A stretch of 64,000 nucleotides of DNA from an uncultured Rhodopirellula sp. (GCA_964007735.1 CAXGAI010000001.1:1-64000), one strand, 5' to 3'; shown: positions 1 to 10,486, counted from the first letter of the stretch. Numbers and translations: made by a program. The notes: generated from the sequence alone by a model not told the origin.

Positions 1-1
1 T

Positions 2-2227
2 TTGAGCGGTTTAGAGTTGATTTACAATTCTAAAGCTAATTTACCATGGACATTTAAATTATTTTGGGGGCCAATTATTGATTCTTTTACATATCAGAAA
101 ATGGGAAAACGAAGACCATGGATAATTATTGCACAATTAGGTATGGCTATAAGTTTAATATCATTCATCACAATTGAAAACATATCAGATAATATTCAAT
201 TATTAGGATGGATGTTTTTTATTCATAATTGTTTTGCTTCTCTACAAGATGTTGCAACAGATGCACTAGCGGTAGATATTTTGCCCCCCGAAGAACAGGG
301 GCTTACCAATGGACTAATGTGGGGGGCGAAGTTGTTTGGTCAGAGGGGAGGAGCATGGCTGCTTGGCGCGGTTTTGGCGGGCTCTCAAAATGGATTATTT
401 AATGCCGTATTGATTCAATTATTAGCATTAGCATTTATCATGGTTGCACCGATTCTTTTTCTCGAGAGGAAAGGTGAAAAACGGTTCCCTTGGTCCTCTG
501 TAGATATACCTAAAGAGAAAACGTCTGTTTCTTCCGCCCAAAACCCATACCACATCATCCGCAATTTATTTGGTGGATTCTCTTTGATTTCCACCCTAGC
601 CTTTGCTGGTGTTCCGCTGGTTGCCATGCTGGGATTTGGAAGTATTGAAGTTATCAACTCCGCAATGTATACGTCGAAGCTTGGGTGGACCTCGGCCGAG
701 TTCTCCGAAGTGGCTGGGGGATACACGATTCCGTTGACATTAGTTGGCACGATTCTTGGCGGAATATTGGGTGATCGCTTTGGCCGTAGATTGCTCATAT
801 GCTTCGCAGTATTAGGATTTTCAATCACAGTGGTTTGTTTTTCCTTGGTCCCCGAGAAATGGGGCTATATGTCCATTGCTACGGTTGAAAGCCAAGAAGC
901 AACCGAGACCCAAACACTAGACCTTAGCGAACTCGCCGTGGACTCGATTGGCGATTTATATTCGTTTAGGATAACTGTCCGTGAAATGGGGGCCGAAGTA
1001 GCTAAGCCGAAAATATATAAAACCGGACGTATTGTCAGAGATCAAGCACAGACTCTTGCTCAACAAGTGAATGAGAGCAGCTTAATCAACGGAGAATCTT
1101 CGGAGACAGTATTTTTGGCAAAGGATTTGGGAGATGAAAAAATAAGCCTTACCTATAGGAAATCAGCAAACTATCTTCCTGCCATTATTACTGGACCTCG
1201 GTCAACGCTGTCAAAGATTTTTCTGGTAGTTTACCCACTGTTTTTTGCCTGCTATGTCGTTAACTTCCTTGCCGGGGCGATGAACTTGTCATGGACCCAA
1301 TCGGCCGCTTCTATGTTTACTGTTTATATGACGTTATCCAATGTTGGTGATGTTGTAGGTAAAAACGCTGCAGGAGCCATTGCGCAAACATTTACCACGA
1401 TGGGAGTTTACGGGGAAAGAATTGTAGATTACCCCATGGTTTTTAGAGTTATTGCCGGACTGGCTTTGATGTCGTTGATTCTGCTGCCGGTAATCAACTT
1501 TAATTATCTGAAAGAACTTAAAGCTAGTAACACTAATCCTAAGATGACACCGGTTCCGGATGGGTTCACTAAAAATGACCTGCAATTTATCGGCAGGGTT
1601 CGCACAGGCTTGTTGTTGCTTATTCCAACGCTTGTGTGGTTCCTGTTAGTATTTATTGATTCTTTAATGCAACGCACTTTGCTGGCCGAGCATTTAGTTT
1701 ATTGGATAAATATAGCCGCTATAATTTGTAGTTTGGTGGGGCTTGGATTTTTGGTTCAAGCGCCGGTCTGGCACCATGTGCGTTCCATGCTAAGAATGGG
1801 CTGTATATTTATTGGTGCTGGCGCTGCTATTCTCGTGATTGATCGTTTCAGCCTGCTGTCTTTGGGAGAATTTCAAGAATATTTGCCTGCTGTAGGCGGC
1901 ACATGTTTTGTCCTTGCCTTTTTGCTTTCGCTCACTTCGTTGCATGAATTAGGCACTGCTATTTCTGACAAAACAACGGTAGTTTTGAGCTGGCCCCCTT
2001 TAGCGATTTTAATGCTGATCTTCCTGATAAGCTGCTTGGTCTACCTTCCCATGAGTGCCGTGGAAGCCTTAAATCAGAGTGCTGTTGGGCCGGAGTTCCC
2101 CACGACTTCGATCGGAGGCTTGATAACGATAATTCAGTGGCTGGCAGTAATCATGCTGGTAGCATTTTGTCTGTTTTTGATAAAGGCGTGCAGCGCCTGT
2201 AAAAGTTTTTCAGCAAGCGAAACTTAA
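2..2227 (+). CDS. MFS transporter, AmpG-like family (5'-truncated), with an internal soluble insert and an extra C-terminal membrane region
   Basis: AmpG-type motifs LPWTFKLFWGPIID, GKRRPWI and QDVATDALAVD; MFS loop GGILGDRFGRR; many hydrophobic helices; ORF open at the window edge. Confidence 0.8.
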   Translation: MSGLELIYNSKANLPWTFKLFWGPIIDSFTYQKMGKRRPWIIIAQLGMAISLISFITIENISDNIQLLGWMFFIHNCFASLQDVATDALAVDILPPEEQGLTNGLMWGAKLFGQRGGAWLLGAVLAGSQNGLFNAVLIQLLALAFIMVAPILFLERKGEKRFPWSSVDIPKEKTSVSSAQNPYHIIRNLFGGFSLISTLAFAGVPLVAMLGFGSIEVINSAMYTSKLGWTSAEFSEVAGGYTIPLTLVGTILGGILGDRFGRRLLICFAVLGFSITVVCFSLVPEKWGYMSIATVESQEATETQTLDLSELAVDSIGDLYSFRITVREMGAEVAKPKIYKTGRIVRDQAQTLAQQVNESSLINGESSETVFLAKDLGDEKISLTYRKSANYLPAIITGPRSTLSKIFLVVYPLFFACYVVNFLAGAMNLSWTQSAASMFTVYMTLSNVGDVVGKNAAGAIAQTFTTMGVYGERIVDYPMVFRVIAGLALMSLILLPVINFNYLKELKASNTNPKMTPVPDGFTKNDLQFIGRVRTGLLLLIPTLVWFLLVFIDSLMQRTLLAEHLVYWINIAAIICSLVGLGFLVQAPVWHHVRSMLRMGCIFIGAGAAILVIDRFSLLSLGEFQEYLPAVGGTCFVLAFLLSLTSLHELGTAISDKTTVVLSWPPLAILMLIFLISCLVYLPMSAVEALNQSAVGPEFPTTSIGGLITIIQWLAVIMLVAFCLFLIKACSACKSFSASET

Positions 2228-2363
2228 TTTATGCAATCATAAAAGACCTTAATTGTTTCTAACCCAGAATCAGACGATACTGTAACAAGAGGATCGCTTC
2301 CAGATTCAACACAACGTTTTGGAGGTTCGGGCATTAGCAAGCCGTATAATTGGTGTTTTTAGG

Positions 2364-5348
2364 ATGAAATTGTCAGGCATTTCAATTAAGTTTTTTTGCT
2401 TCATGTTGTTGGTGAATACTGTTGTTGCAGTAGATTCCGATAAAGTGTTTCAGCAAGATGTTGCGCCAATTTTGCAAAAGCATTGCTTTGCCTGCCATAA
2501 CTCGGAAGATCGCAAAGGCGACTTTGCGATTCAGACCAAAGCAGAAGTACTTGAGTCTGGATATATTGAGTCAGGTGACCCGAATGCCAGCCATTTTCTT
2601 GCGGTATTAAAGCCGGATGGTAACGATCCACCGGCGATGCCAAAAGATCGGGAGCCATTGAAACAGGAAGAAATAGAGGTCCTTGCTTCCTGGATTCGAA
2701 GCGGTGCTTTCTGGCCGGAAGATTATGTAATCGAAGAGCCGTCTATTAAAAGTACAGACTGGTGGTCTTGGAATCCCTTAGCGCAGCAACCTGTTCCAGC
2801 GATGGAGAATCCTTTTGCTAATCGGTTTGAGATTGAAAACCCAATCGATGCTTTTATTCTCGCAAAGCTTTTGGAGAAAGGGCTTGAGCCATCAGCGGCA
2901 GCCGATCGAAGGACGCTCGTCCGACGAGTGTATTACGATATGCTGGGGCTTCCACCCACACCGTCACAGGTAGCGGAATTTGTTAGTTCAGACGACCCAC
3001 TTGCTTATGAAAAGCTGATTGATCAGCTTTTGGCTTCTCCGGCTTACGGAGAACGTTGGGCAAGACACTGGCTGGATGTTGTCAAATACGCTGATACTGC
3101 CGGATACGACAAAGACAAGTTACGCCCTAATGCATGGCCCTACCGTGACTACGTCGTTCGCAGCTTTAATCAGGACAAGTCGTATACCCGATTTGTGCGA
3201 GAACAACTGGCGGGCGATCAGTTGTTTCCTGGTGCCCCGGACGGCATTCTAGGCCTGGGGTTTATTGCCGCAGGCCCGTGGGATTTTATTGGTCATGTTG
3301 AAGTACCGGAAACAAAAATCGATGGTCGTATAGCCAGGTATATTGACCGCGATGAAATGGTTACCAATGCGATGAACACGTTTGTGAGCACCACGGTACA
3401 GTGTGCACGCTGTCACAATCATAAATTCGATGCCATCACCCAACAGCACTATTTCAATTTACAGTCAGTTTTTGCGGCGGTGGACAAGGCTGACCGCCTC
3501 TATGGGGAAGACCCTGCGGTGGCGGCACGCAAGAAAGTACTTGAGCAGTCCATCAGCGAAGCGACAGATAACTTAGCAGCCTTGCAGCAGGAAGTTGAAG
3601 ACGAAGCAGGCCCCGCCTACAAAGCAGCCATCGCAGAGTCCGACAAGCTGAAGTCATTTGCAGCGTTAGACCAGCGTGATGATGCCTATGGTTTTCACAC
3701 GGCCATGCAAAAGACAACCACGGATACGCAATGGGTGCAGGTGGACCTTGGCAAATCAGAGGAATTCGCTGAAATCCGATTGCATCCCTGCAGCGATGAC
3801 TTTGGTGGAATTGGTAATGGATTTGGATTTCCTGTTCGTTTCAAGATTGAAGTATCGGAGGATCCGACGTTTAAATCCTCGACCCTGATTGCGGATGAAA
3901 CTCAAGCCGATTACCCCAATATCGGGATCGCTTATTATGCAGCGACTAAACAAGTTGCAGCAAGATATATCCGATTGACTGCGAACAAGTTGTATGACCG
4001 CAACGGCACGCCCATGTTTGCTATCTCTGAGCTGGAAGTTTTGACGGCCGATGGAATGAACGCAGCTCGGCAGAAACAAGTGTCAGCCTCTTCCTCGATT
4101 GAAGCTCCCACTCGGTGGGCGCGTAAAAATCTCACGGATGGGAAATGGCCTGTCCCGGTAGATATTGTCAAAACACAGCAATGGGCATCCATGCTGGTAG
4201 ATGCAGAGCAGTTAATAGTCGGGGCGAATACCCCGGAGCGAAAGAAACGAAAACAGGAAATCACTGCAAAAAAAGCCGCTATGACAAAGGAGCTTGCCGA
4301 ATTGCCACGAGGCCGGATGGTATTTGCGGCGGCGACAGATTTTGTTGCGATGGCTAACTTCAAGCCGACGATGGGTAAGCCCCGTCCGATTAAAGTTCTT
4401 CATCGAGGCGACATTCTTCAGGAACGGCAGGCCACCCAGCCGGGAACAATCCCCCTGTTTGATCCGGACGGCACCTTTCAACTTGAAGATACGCATACTG
4501 AAGGTGATCGCCGAGTTGCTTTTGCTGAATGGATTGTACGAAAAGACCAGCCGTTGACCTGGCGAAGTATTGTCAACCGAATTTGGCTGTATCACTTTGG
4601 GCAAGGTATTGTTACCACGCCGAACGATCTTGGACGTATGGGGCAATTGCCGACGCATCCGGAATTGCTGGACTGGCTAGCTCTAGAGTTCCGCGATCAA
4701 GGGCAGTCGTTTAAGGATATCCATCGGCTGATTCTACTTAGTTCAACCTACCGTCAGACCTCGAAGCATCATGCGGCCAACAGTCAGATCGATAGTGGAA
4801 ATCAATATCTCTGGCGGATGAACCGTCGAAAATTGTCTGCCGAGGAAATCCGGGATTCGATTTTGCAGGTGAGCGGCCGACTTAATAACCAGATGGGCGG
4901 CCCGGGCTATTACCTGTTCAAACTCGAACATCCTCAACACTCTCCGCACTACGAATATCATTTGCATGACCCCAACGATGTAGCGAGCCATCGCCGAAGC
5001 GTATATCGCTTTATTGTTCGCAGCCAGCCAGATCCATTTATGACCATTTTAGATTGTGCTGACTCTTCCAAGAGCACGCCTTTGCGGGATGAAACTTTAA
5101 CCTCGATTCAGGCATTGGCATTGCTAAATAATAAATTCAACCTGGCACTGGCCCAGCACTTTGCAAGTGATTTGCAGGCAACGCAGACAACGCAGGAAGA
5201 TCAGGTTATTCAGGCCTTTTTCCGTTTAACGGGACGGTTGCCGTCGACGGCTGAGAAGTCTGAATTGTTGGCCTATGCGAAGCAGCACGGTCTGGAAAAC
5301 CTTTGCCGTTTGCTATACAACTTGCACGAATTTGTTTTTGTGGATTAA
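2364..5348 (+). CDS. Planctomycete cytochrome c (PSCyt1) + DUF1549 + discoidin (F5/8 type C)-like + DUF1553 (PSD1) protein
   Basis: Signal peptide from ATG 2364; CFACH and CARCH; YGERWARHWLDVVKYADT; WVQVDLG...ARYIRL...ISELEV discoidin pattern; PTHPELLDWLA; AEEIRDSIL. Confidence 0.9.
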   Translation: MKLSGISIKFFCFMLLVNTVVAVDSDKVFQQDVAPILQKHCFACHNSEDRKGDFAIQTKAEVLESGYIESGDPNASHFLAVLKPDGNDPPAMPKDREPLKQEEIEVLASWIRSGAFWPEDYVIEEPSIKSTDWWSWNPLAQQPVPAMENPFANRFEIENPIDAFILAKLLEKGLEPSAAADRRTLVRRVYYDMLGLPPTPSQVAEFVSSDDPLAYEKLIDQLLASPAYGERWARHWLDVVKYADTAGYDKDKLRPNAWPYRDYVVRSFNQDKSYTRFVREQLAGDQLFPGAPDGILGLGFIAAGPWDFIGHVEVPETKIDGRIARYIDRDEMVTNAMNTFVSTTVQCARCHNHKFDAITQQHYFNLQSVFAAVDKADRLYGEDPAVAARKKVLEQSISEATDNLAALQQEVEDEAGPAYKAAIAESDKLKSFAALDQRDDAYGFHTAMQKTTTDTQWVQVDLGKSEEFAEIRLHPCSDDFGGIGNGFGFPVRFKIEVSEDPTFKSSTLIADETQADYPNIGIAYYAATKQVAARYIRLTANKLYDRNGTPMFAISELEVLTADGMNAARQKQVSASSSIEAPTRWARKNLTDGKWPVPVDIVKTQQWASMLVDAEQLIVGANTPERKKRKQEITAKKAAMTKELAELPRGRMVFAAATDFVAMANFKPTMGKPRPIKVLHRGDILQERQATQPGTIPLFDPDGTFQLEDTHTEGDRRVAFAEWIVRKDQPLTWRSIVNRIWLYHFGQGIVTTPNDLGRMGQLPTHPELLDWLALEFRDQGQSFKDIHRLILLSSTYRQTSKHHAANSQIDSGNQYLWRMNRRKLSAEEIRDSILQVSGRLNNQMGGPGYYLFKLEHPQHSPHYEYHLHDPNDVASHRRSVYRFIVRSQPDPFMTILDCADSSKSTPLRDETLTSIQALALLNNKFNLALAQHFASDLQATQTTQEDQVIQAFFRLTGRLPSTAEKSELLAYAKQHGLENLCRLLYNLHEFVFVD

Positions 5349-5365
5349 GACTTCTGACGAAACCC

Positions 5366-6853
5366 ATGATGAATCACAGTACTAGCCAATCGATATCCAA
5401 ACCTTCCCGACGTGAGTTTCTTTGGAACTCAGGTGGCGGTCTGGGGGGAATAGCCCTAGCATCTATGCTGGGCGGAGATCCGTTGGCAGCCAATGCCGCC
5501 AATGGGGCCTTAGGCGGTGTCCTTCATCATCCACCGAAGGCCAAGCGAGTCATCCAGCTCTTTATGTCTGGAGCAGCCAGCCATATTGATCTGTGGGATT
5601 ACAAACCATGGCTTGATGAGCACCATGGTGAACCGTCTGACTTTGGTGAGAAAGTGGAGTTATTTCAGAACGGGGCCGGGCCCTGGACAAAGTCCTATTT
5701 TCAGTTTCGCCCCTATGGCGACTCAGGCAAGCATCTTAGCGACGCGGTCTCTCCGCTTGGTGAAGTTGTGGACGATATGGCCTTTATCCACAATTTGGTT
5801 GGTAAGACCGGTGTTCACAGTCAGGCCACTTATTTGCAGGCCACCGGATTTCAACGGCCCGGATTCCCAGGTATGGGGTCGTGGGTTAGTTATGCATTGG
5901 GAAGCATCAACGATAACCTGCCAACATTTGTCGTCTTACCGGATCATCGTGGATACGCATCTAACGGGCCTAAAAATTGGGGTTCAGCATTTCTGCCGGC
6001 AAGCAGTCAGGGAACAACCATTTTCCCACAACGTGAGAACCCGATTGAGAATCTAACCGCAAGAGCCAGATTTATTACCACCGAAGGTGAACAAAGCGGT
6101 TTACAGTTGCTCAATCGAATTAATAAGAAATATGCCGATCAGCGTCCGGGAGACTCACGCCTGGATGCTCGCATTGAAAGTTATGAATTAGCAGCACGCA
6201 TGCAGTTGAGTGCTCCCGAAGTTCTGGACATTTCCAAAGAGCCTGCCCATATCCGTAAAATGTACGGTCTGGAAAATGAAGGTGCCACCTATGGTCCGGA
6301 GATTAATGTCCCGGAAGAAGCAGAGTATTTTGGCCGCAAGTGCCTGATTGCCAGGCGGCTCTTAGAAAAAGGCGTTAGGTTTGTCCAAATTTGGTCTGGG
6401 AATGATAACGGATTCCCACGACGAAACTGGGATAGTCACGAGGATATTTCGAGAGACCATGGCCCACTTGCAAAGGGCATGGCGATTGGAACAGCAGCGT
6501 TGATAAAAGATCTCAAACAACGCGATATGCTTAAAGATACTTTGGTGCTTTGGACAACGGAATTTGGTCGCATGCCTAGTAGTCAGGGAAGCAAGGGGCG
6601 GGATCACAATCCATTTGTTTTTACCAACTGGCTTTGCGGAGGCGGCACAAAAGGGGGCGTTACTGCAGGTGAATCAGATCAGTGGGGCTTCAAGCCATTG
6701 GATCGTGAAAACCCGACCCAAGTCTATGACATTCACGCTACGATGCTTCACTTGCTAGGCATTGATCACAAGCAATTAACGGTTCGTAATAATGGTATCG
6801 ATCGCCGTTTGACAGATGTCCACGGGCACTTAATCGACGAGATAATTGCTTAG
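5366..6853 (+). CDS. DUF1501 domain protein, Tat-exported (type A)
   Basis: SRREFL Tat motif; AKRVIQLFMSGAASHID; ARRLLEKGVRFVQ; WDSH; TEFGRMP; GRDHN. Start taken at ATG 5366. Confidence 0.9.
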   Translation: MMNHSTSQSISKPSRREFLWNSGGGLGGIALASMLGGDPLAANAANGALGGVLHHPPKAKRVIQLFMSGAASHIDLWDYKPWLDEHHGEPSDFGEKVELFQNGAGPWTKSYFQFRPYGDSGKHLSDAVSPLGEVVDDMAFIHNLVGKTGVHSQATYLQATGFQRPGFPGMGSWVSYALGSINDNLPTFVVLPDHRGYASNGPKNWGSAFLPASSQGTTIFPQRENPIENLTARARFITTEGEQSGLQLLNRINKKYADQRPGDSRLDARIESYELAARMQLSAPEVLDISKEPAHIRKMYGLENEGATYGPEINVPEEAEYFGRKCLIARRLLEKGVRFVQIWSGNDNGFPRRNWDSHEDISRDHGPLAKGMAIGTAALIKDLKQRDMLKDTLVLWTTEFGRMPSSQGSKGRDHNPFVFTNWLCGGGTKGGVTAGESDQWGFKPLDRENPTQVYDIHATMLHLLGIDHKQLTVRNNGIDRRLTDVHGHLIDEIIA

Positions 6854-6983
6854 CCTCAGGGTGAAGACCGGGATCGCGCAGAACCCGGAAATTCTTTTGC
6901 CTAAACGTGGAATTCATTCTCCAGACGGTTTAGGATGAGTGCATATCGATATCAACAGACCACCCCTATGCGGAGATAATCCC

Positions 6984-8297
6984 TTGAGACTTCAAAAGAC
7001 AATCCTTTCGCTGACTCTGACAGCATTCATCGCTGCTCCTGCACTTGCCGGCGAATTAAATGTTCCACCTAAAGGCTGGAAAGCTTTATTCAATGGTAAA
7101 GATGTTGACGGTTGGTATGGATGGTCAACGAAAAATCCGGAAACCCTTTGGTCGATGACTGAAGACGAGCAGGCTGCCTACAAAAAAGAAAGCCTCAAAG
7201 ACATTAATCAACACTGGTCAGTGAAAGACGGTATTCTCGTCAATGACGGTTACGGACTTTATCTGACAACTGAAGCGGAATTCACAAATTACGAGTTGAT
7301 GATTGATTACAAAACCGTAGCTGGTGCTGATAGCGGTATTTACCTTAAAGCAGTGCCTCAGGTTCAGATTTGGGATTCCACCGACGAAAAGAAATTCGCT
7401 ATCGGCGGTGACAAAGGATCCGGAGGTCTTTGGAACAATAGTAAAGGAGCCAAAGGGAAAGATCCTTTAGTACTTGCCGACAAAGCTTTTGGTGAATGGA
7501 ACAGTTTTAAGATTCGCCAGATTGGGGCTCGCACTAGTGTCTGGCTTAACGGAAAAATGGTTGTTGATAACGCCATCATGGAGAACTACTTCGACCGTAG
7601 CCGCCCCATTTTCCCGAAGGGGCCTATTCAGTTACAGACACATGGTGGTGAAATTAGCTGGCGAAATGTTTTCGTTCGTGAAATCGGCTCAGATGAAGCA
7701 AACAAGATTCTTCGCGAGTCATCCTCCAGCGAAGGCTTTGAATCTGTCTTTAACGGAAAAGATCTATCAGGCTGGGCCGGAGCGGTAAGCGAATACGAAG
7801 TCGTGGATGGTGCTATCCAGTGTCAAAAGGGCAAGGGTGGAAATCTTTATACCGAACAGAAGTACAAAGATTTTGTTGTTCGTCTGGAAATAAAAATGCC
7901 ACCAGCAGGTAATAATGGTCTGGCTATTCGTTATCCGGGAAATGGTAATCCGGCTTATCAGGGAATGACAGAACTTCAGGTTCTCGATACTCAGTATCCG
8001 GGCAAGCTTGCTCCTTACCAGTATCACGGCTCAGTTTATGGGCTGATTCCCGCTGCACGCGGATATCTTTATGAAGCTGGTAACTGGAATTATGAAGAAG
8101 TGACGGTTCAGGGAACAAAGATCAAAGTTGAACTAAACGGCGCGGTGATTCTTGATGCTGATGTAGCAGAACTGGCAAAGGACCCGGCGGTTCTAAAGAA
8201 GCATCCGGGATTGAAACTTCTGGAAGGTCACTTCGGATTTGCTGGCCACAATGATCCGGTTCAGTTCCGAAACATTGAAATTAAAGAACTGAAGTAA
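6984..8297 (+). CDS. Tandem DUF1080 (3-keto-disaccharide hydrolase family) protein
   Basis: Two repeats of (L/V)FNGKD..GW, DSGIY/NNGLA, LQTHG/FAGH and (W/F)RN; signal peptide; probable TTG start 6984 after GGAG (track start 6939). Confidence 0.88.
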   Translation: MRLQKTILSLTLTAFIAAPALAGELNVPPKGWKALFNGKDVDGWYGWSTKNPETLWSMTEDEQAAYKKESLKDINQHWSVKDGILVNDGYGLYLTTEAEFTNYELMIDYKTVAGADSGIYLKAVPQVQIWDSTDEKKFAIGGDKGSGGLWNNSKGAKGKDPLVLADKAFGEWNSFKIRQIGARTSVWLNGKMVVDNAIMENYFDRSRPIFPKGPIQLQTHGGEISWRNVFVREIGSDEANKILRESSSSEGFESVFNGKDLSGWAGAVSEYEVVDGAIQCQKGKGGNLYTEQKYKDFVVRLEIKMPPAGNNGLAIRYPGNGNPAYQGMTELQVLDTQYPGKLAPYQYHGSVYGLIPAARGYLYEAGNWNYEEVTVQGTKIKVELNGAVILDADVAELAKDPAVLKKHPGLKLLEGHFGFAGHNDPVQFRNIEIKELK

Positions 8298-8341
8298 CAG
8301 CAGTTCCTGATCGATCGGGATTTATCTATAGGAAAGAAGCC

Positions 8342-10486
8342 ATGAAAGCAGTCTGGGTTTTCGCCTGCGCAGTTATCTCTCTTGTAGCAGCCAACCTATT
8401 GGCTCAAACCAATGTTTATCAAGATGGACAGTTGCCCAATGATCGTCGTCTTGGTGAATTGCGGCATTTAAATAACTATTTCCCTTTTGAGGTTCCCAAA
8501 ACGACTACGGCATGGGAAGCAAGGCGTGATCAACTACGAATGCGTTTACGAGTAGCATTAGGGTTGTGGCCAGAGCCGGAGAAGACACCATTAAATGTCA
8601 AGATTTATGGAAAGTCTGTACGGGATGGATTCACAGTAGAGAAGGTTAATTTTGAAAGTTATCCCGGACACTTTGTATCCGGGCTTCTGTTCCGGCCTGA
8701 AAATCCAAAAGGCAAATTACCTGCTGTACTGACTCCACATGGTCATGGTGGTCGCATGCAGGATCACGGCGAAAAAATTAAGTCGTTGATTGAAAATGGG
8801 GATGAGAAGCATGAGAGTTCGGGCAGGTACCCAAAACTGGCCCGGTGTGCGCAATTGGCCCGCATGGGTTGCATTACTTTCATTTATGACATGGAAGGGT
8901 ATGTCGATTCATTGCAGATTCCGATGGAAGTATCCCATCGGCTAAACGATCGTCGGGCCGAGCTTGAATCGCCAACACAATGGGGGTTCTTTTCGGCTCA
9001 GGCTGAAATGCGAATGCAAAGTATCATGGGAGTTCAGACTTGGAATTCAATTCGAGCATTGGATTTTCTGGAGTCGTTGCCGGATGTGGATGCACAGCGT
9101 ATTGGCATTACTGGCGGAAGTGGTGGTGGAACCCAGACTATTCTGCTTGGTGCTTTAGATCCTCGCCCCATCGTCTCCTTTCCACAAGGTATGGTCTCCA
9201 CATCGATGCAGGGCGGATGTCCTTGTGAGAACTGTAGTCTGTTACGAGTTGATACCGGCAACGTGGAACTAACGGCTTTGTTTGCTCCACGGCCGATCGC
9301 AATGACAGGTGCGAATGACTGGACCAAGGAAATTCAAACGAAAGGTTATCCCGAACTGCAGGAACTCTACAAAATGGTTGGCGATGTGGAAGATGTCTTC
9401 TGCATTTCCTATTTAAACTTTGGTCACAACTATAACTATGTCACCCGACGCCACATGTATCACTGGTTCAACCGGCACATGCAGCTTGGATTGAAGGAAC
9501 CAATTGTTGAGCATGATTGGAAGCCTCTGACGGCGGATGAATATACCGTTTGGGATGACAATCATCCGGCACCAGAAGCGGGTGTGCCACATGAGATTAA
9601 ACTGCTAAAAGTGATCGATCAGGACAGTAGTCAGCAGATTACTGAGGCCCTAAGGTCATCTGAAAATAAAGTCGAAACGCTCCAAGCCCTTCATGGTGCC
9701 GCGCTCAAAGCAATTGTTGGTCGGGGCCTGTCGTCGATGAAAGAGATCAGTCGTGAAAAGGTTGATAAATTTGAGCGTGATGGCTATTTGGAATTCACAG
9801 ATATTCTCAGATATGAGTCAGCTCAGGAAGAAATCCCGGTGGCGTCATTTTATCCAACGACGAAGCCATGGTCCGGCACGGTCGTCATCTGGGTTGATGG
9901 CGAAGGTAAATCCGGAATGTATGGCAGTGACGGTAAGCCAAATGCTAAAGTAGCAGCGCTGTTGGATTCCGGAGCTTCCGTGATTGGTGCGGACTTACTT
10001 TATCAGGGTGAATTCCTCAAAGACGGCGGGCGACTGGACCAACAGCGATTAGCCACAACCACCTCACGAAAAGTTCCGGCGTATACCTATGGTTATAACG
10101 ATACGTTGTTCGTTCAACGGGTCCACGACCTCTTAACCCTGATTTCATTTGTTGCAAATGACCAACATGGAACGAAGGATATTGTTCTGGTCGGATCGAA
10201 GGGTGCAGGTCCCATAGCGGCCACCGCTCGGGCATTGGTTGGCGAAGTGGTGCACACAGCTATCATTGACACTCAGGGGTTTCGGTTTGGTACGATCACT
10301 CAATTTGACGATGTGGACTTCCTGCCCGGCGCGATTAAATACGGGGACTTGCCGGGCATTTTGGCCCTCAACGCTCCTCATCGATTGATCGTAGTGGGCG
10401 AAGAGCCCCCGGCATTCACCAGAGCCATATACGGAGCCGACACCACGCGAGTGAAATCCGCCAAATCGATTTCTGAAGCGTTTTAG
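8342..10486 (+). CDS. Secreted alpha/beta-hydrolase (acetylxylan esterase-like) with a degenerate second hydrolase domain
   Basis: Signal peptide; PAVLTPHGH; RIGITGGSGGGTQT nucleophile elbow; GGCPCEN; GHNY. Confidence 0.75.
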   Translation: MKAVWVFACAVISLVAANLLAQTNVYQDGQLPNDRRLGELRHLNNYFPFEVPKTTTAWEARRDQLRMRLRVALGLWPEPEKTPLNVKIYGKSVRDGFTVEKVNFESYPGHFVSGLLFRPENPKGKLPAVLTPHGHGGRMQDHGEKIKSLIENGDEKHESSGRYPKLARCAQLARMGCITFIYDMEGYVDSLQIPMEVSHRLNDRRAELESPTQWGFFSAQAEMRMQSIMGVQTWNSIRALDFLESLPDVDAQRIGITGGSGGGTQTILLGALDPRPIVSFPQGMVSTSMQGGCPCENCSLLRVDTGNVELTALFAPRPIAMTGANDWTKEIQTKGYPELQELYKMVGDVEDVFCISYLNFGHNYNYVTRRHMYHWFNRHMQLGLKEPIVEHDWKPLTADEYTVWDDNHPAPEAGVPHEIKLLKVIDQDSSQQITEALRSSENKVETLQALHGAALKAIVGRGLSSMKEISREKVDKFERDGYLEFTDILRYESAQEEIPVASFYPTTKPWSGTVVIWVDGEGKSGMYGSDGKPNAKVAALLDSGASVIGADLLYQGEFLKDGGRLDQQRLATTTSRKVPAYTYGYNDTLFVQRVHDLLTLISFVANDQHGTKDIVLVGSKGAGPIAATARALVGEVVHTAIIDTQGFRFGTITQFDDVDFLPGAIKYGDLPGILALNAPHRLIVVGEEPPAFTRAIYGADTTRVKSAKSISEAF

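Noticed and set aside
6868..6898. CCGGG/CCCGG hairpin as a terminator after the first DUF1501 gene
   Set aside because: Short stem, large loop and no adjacent U-tract
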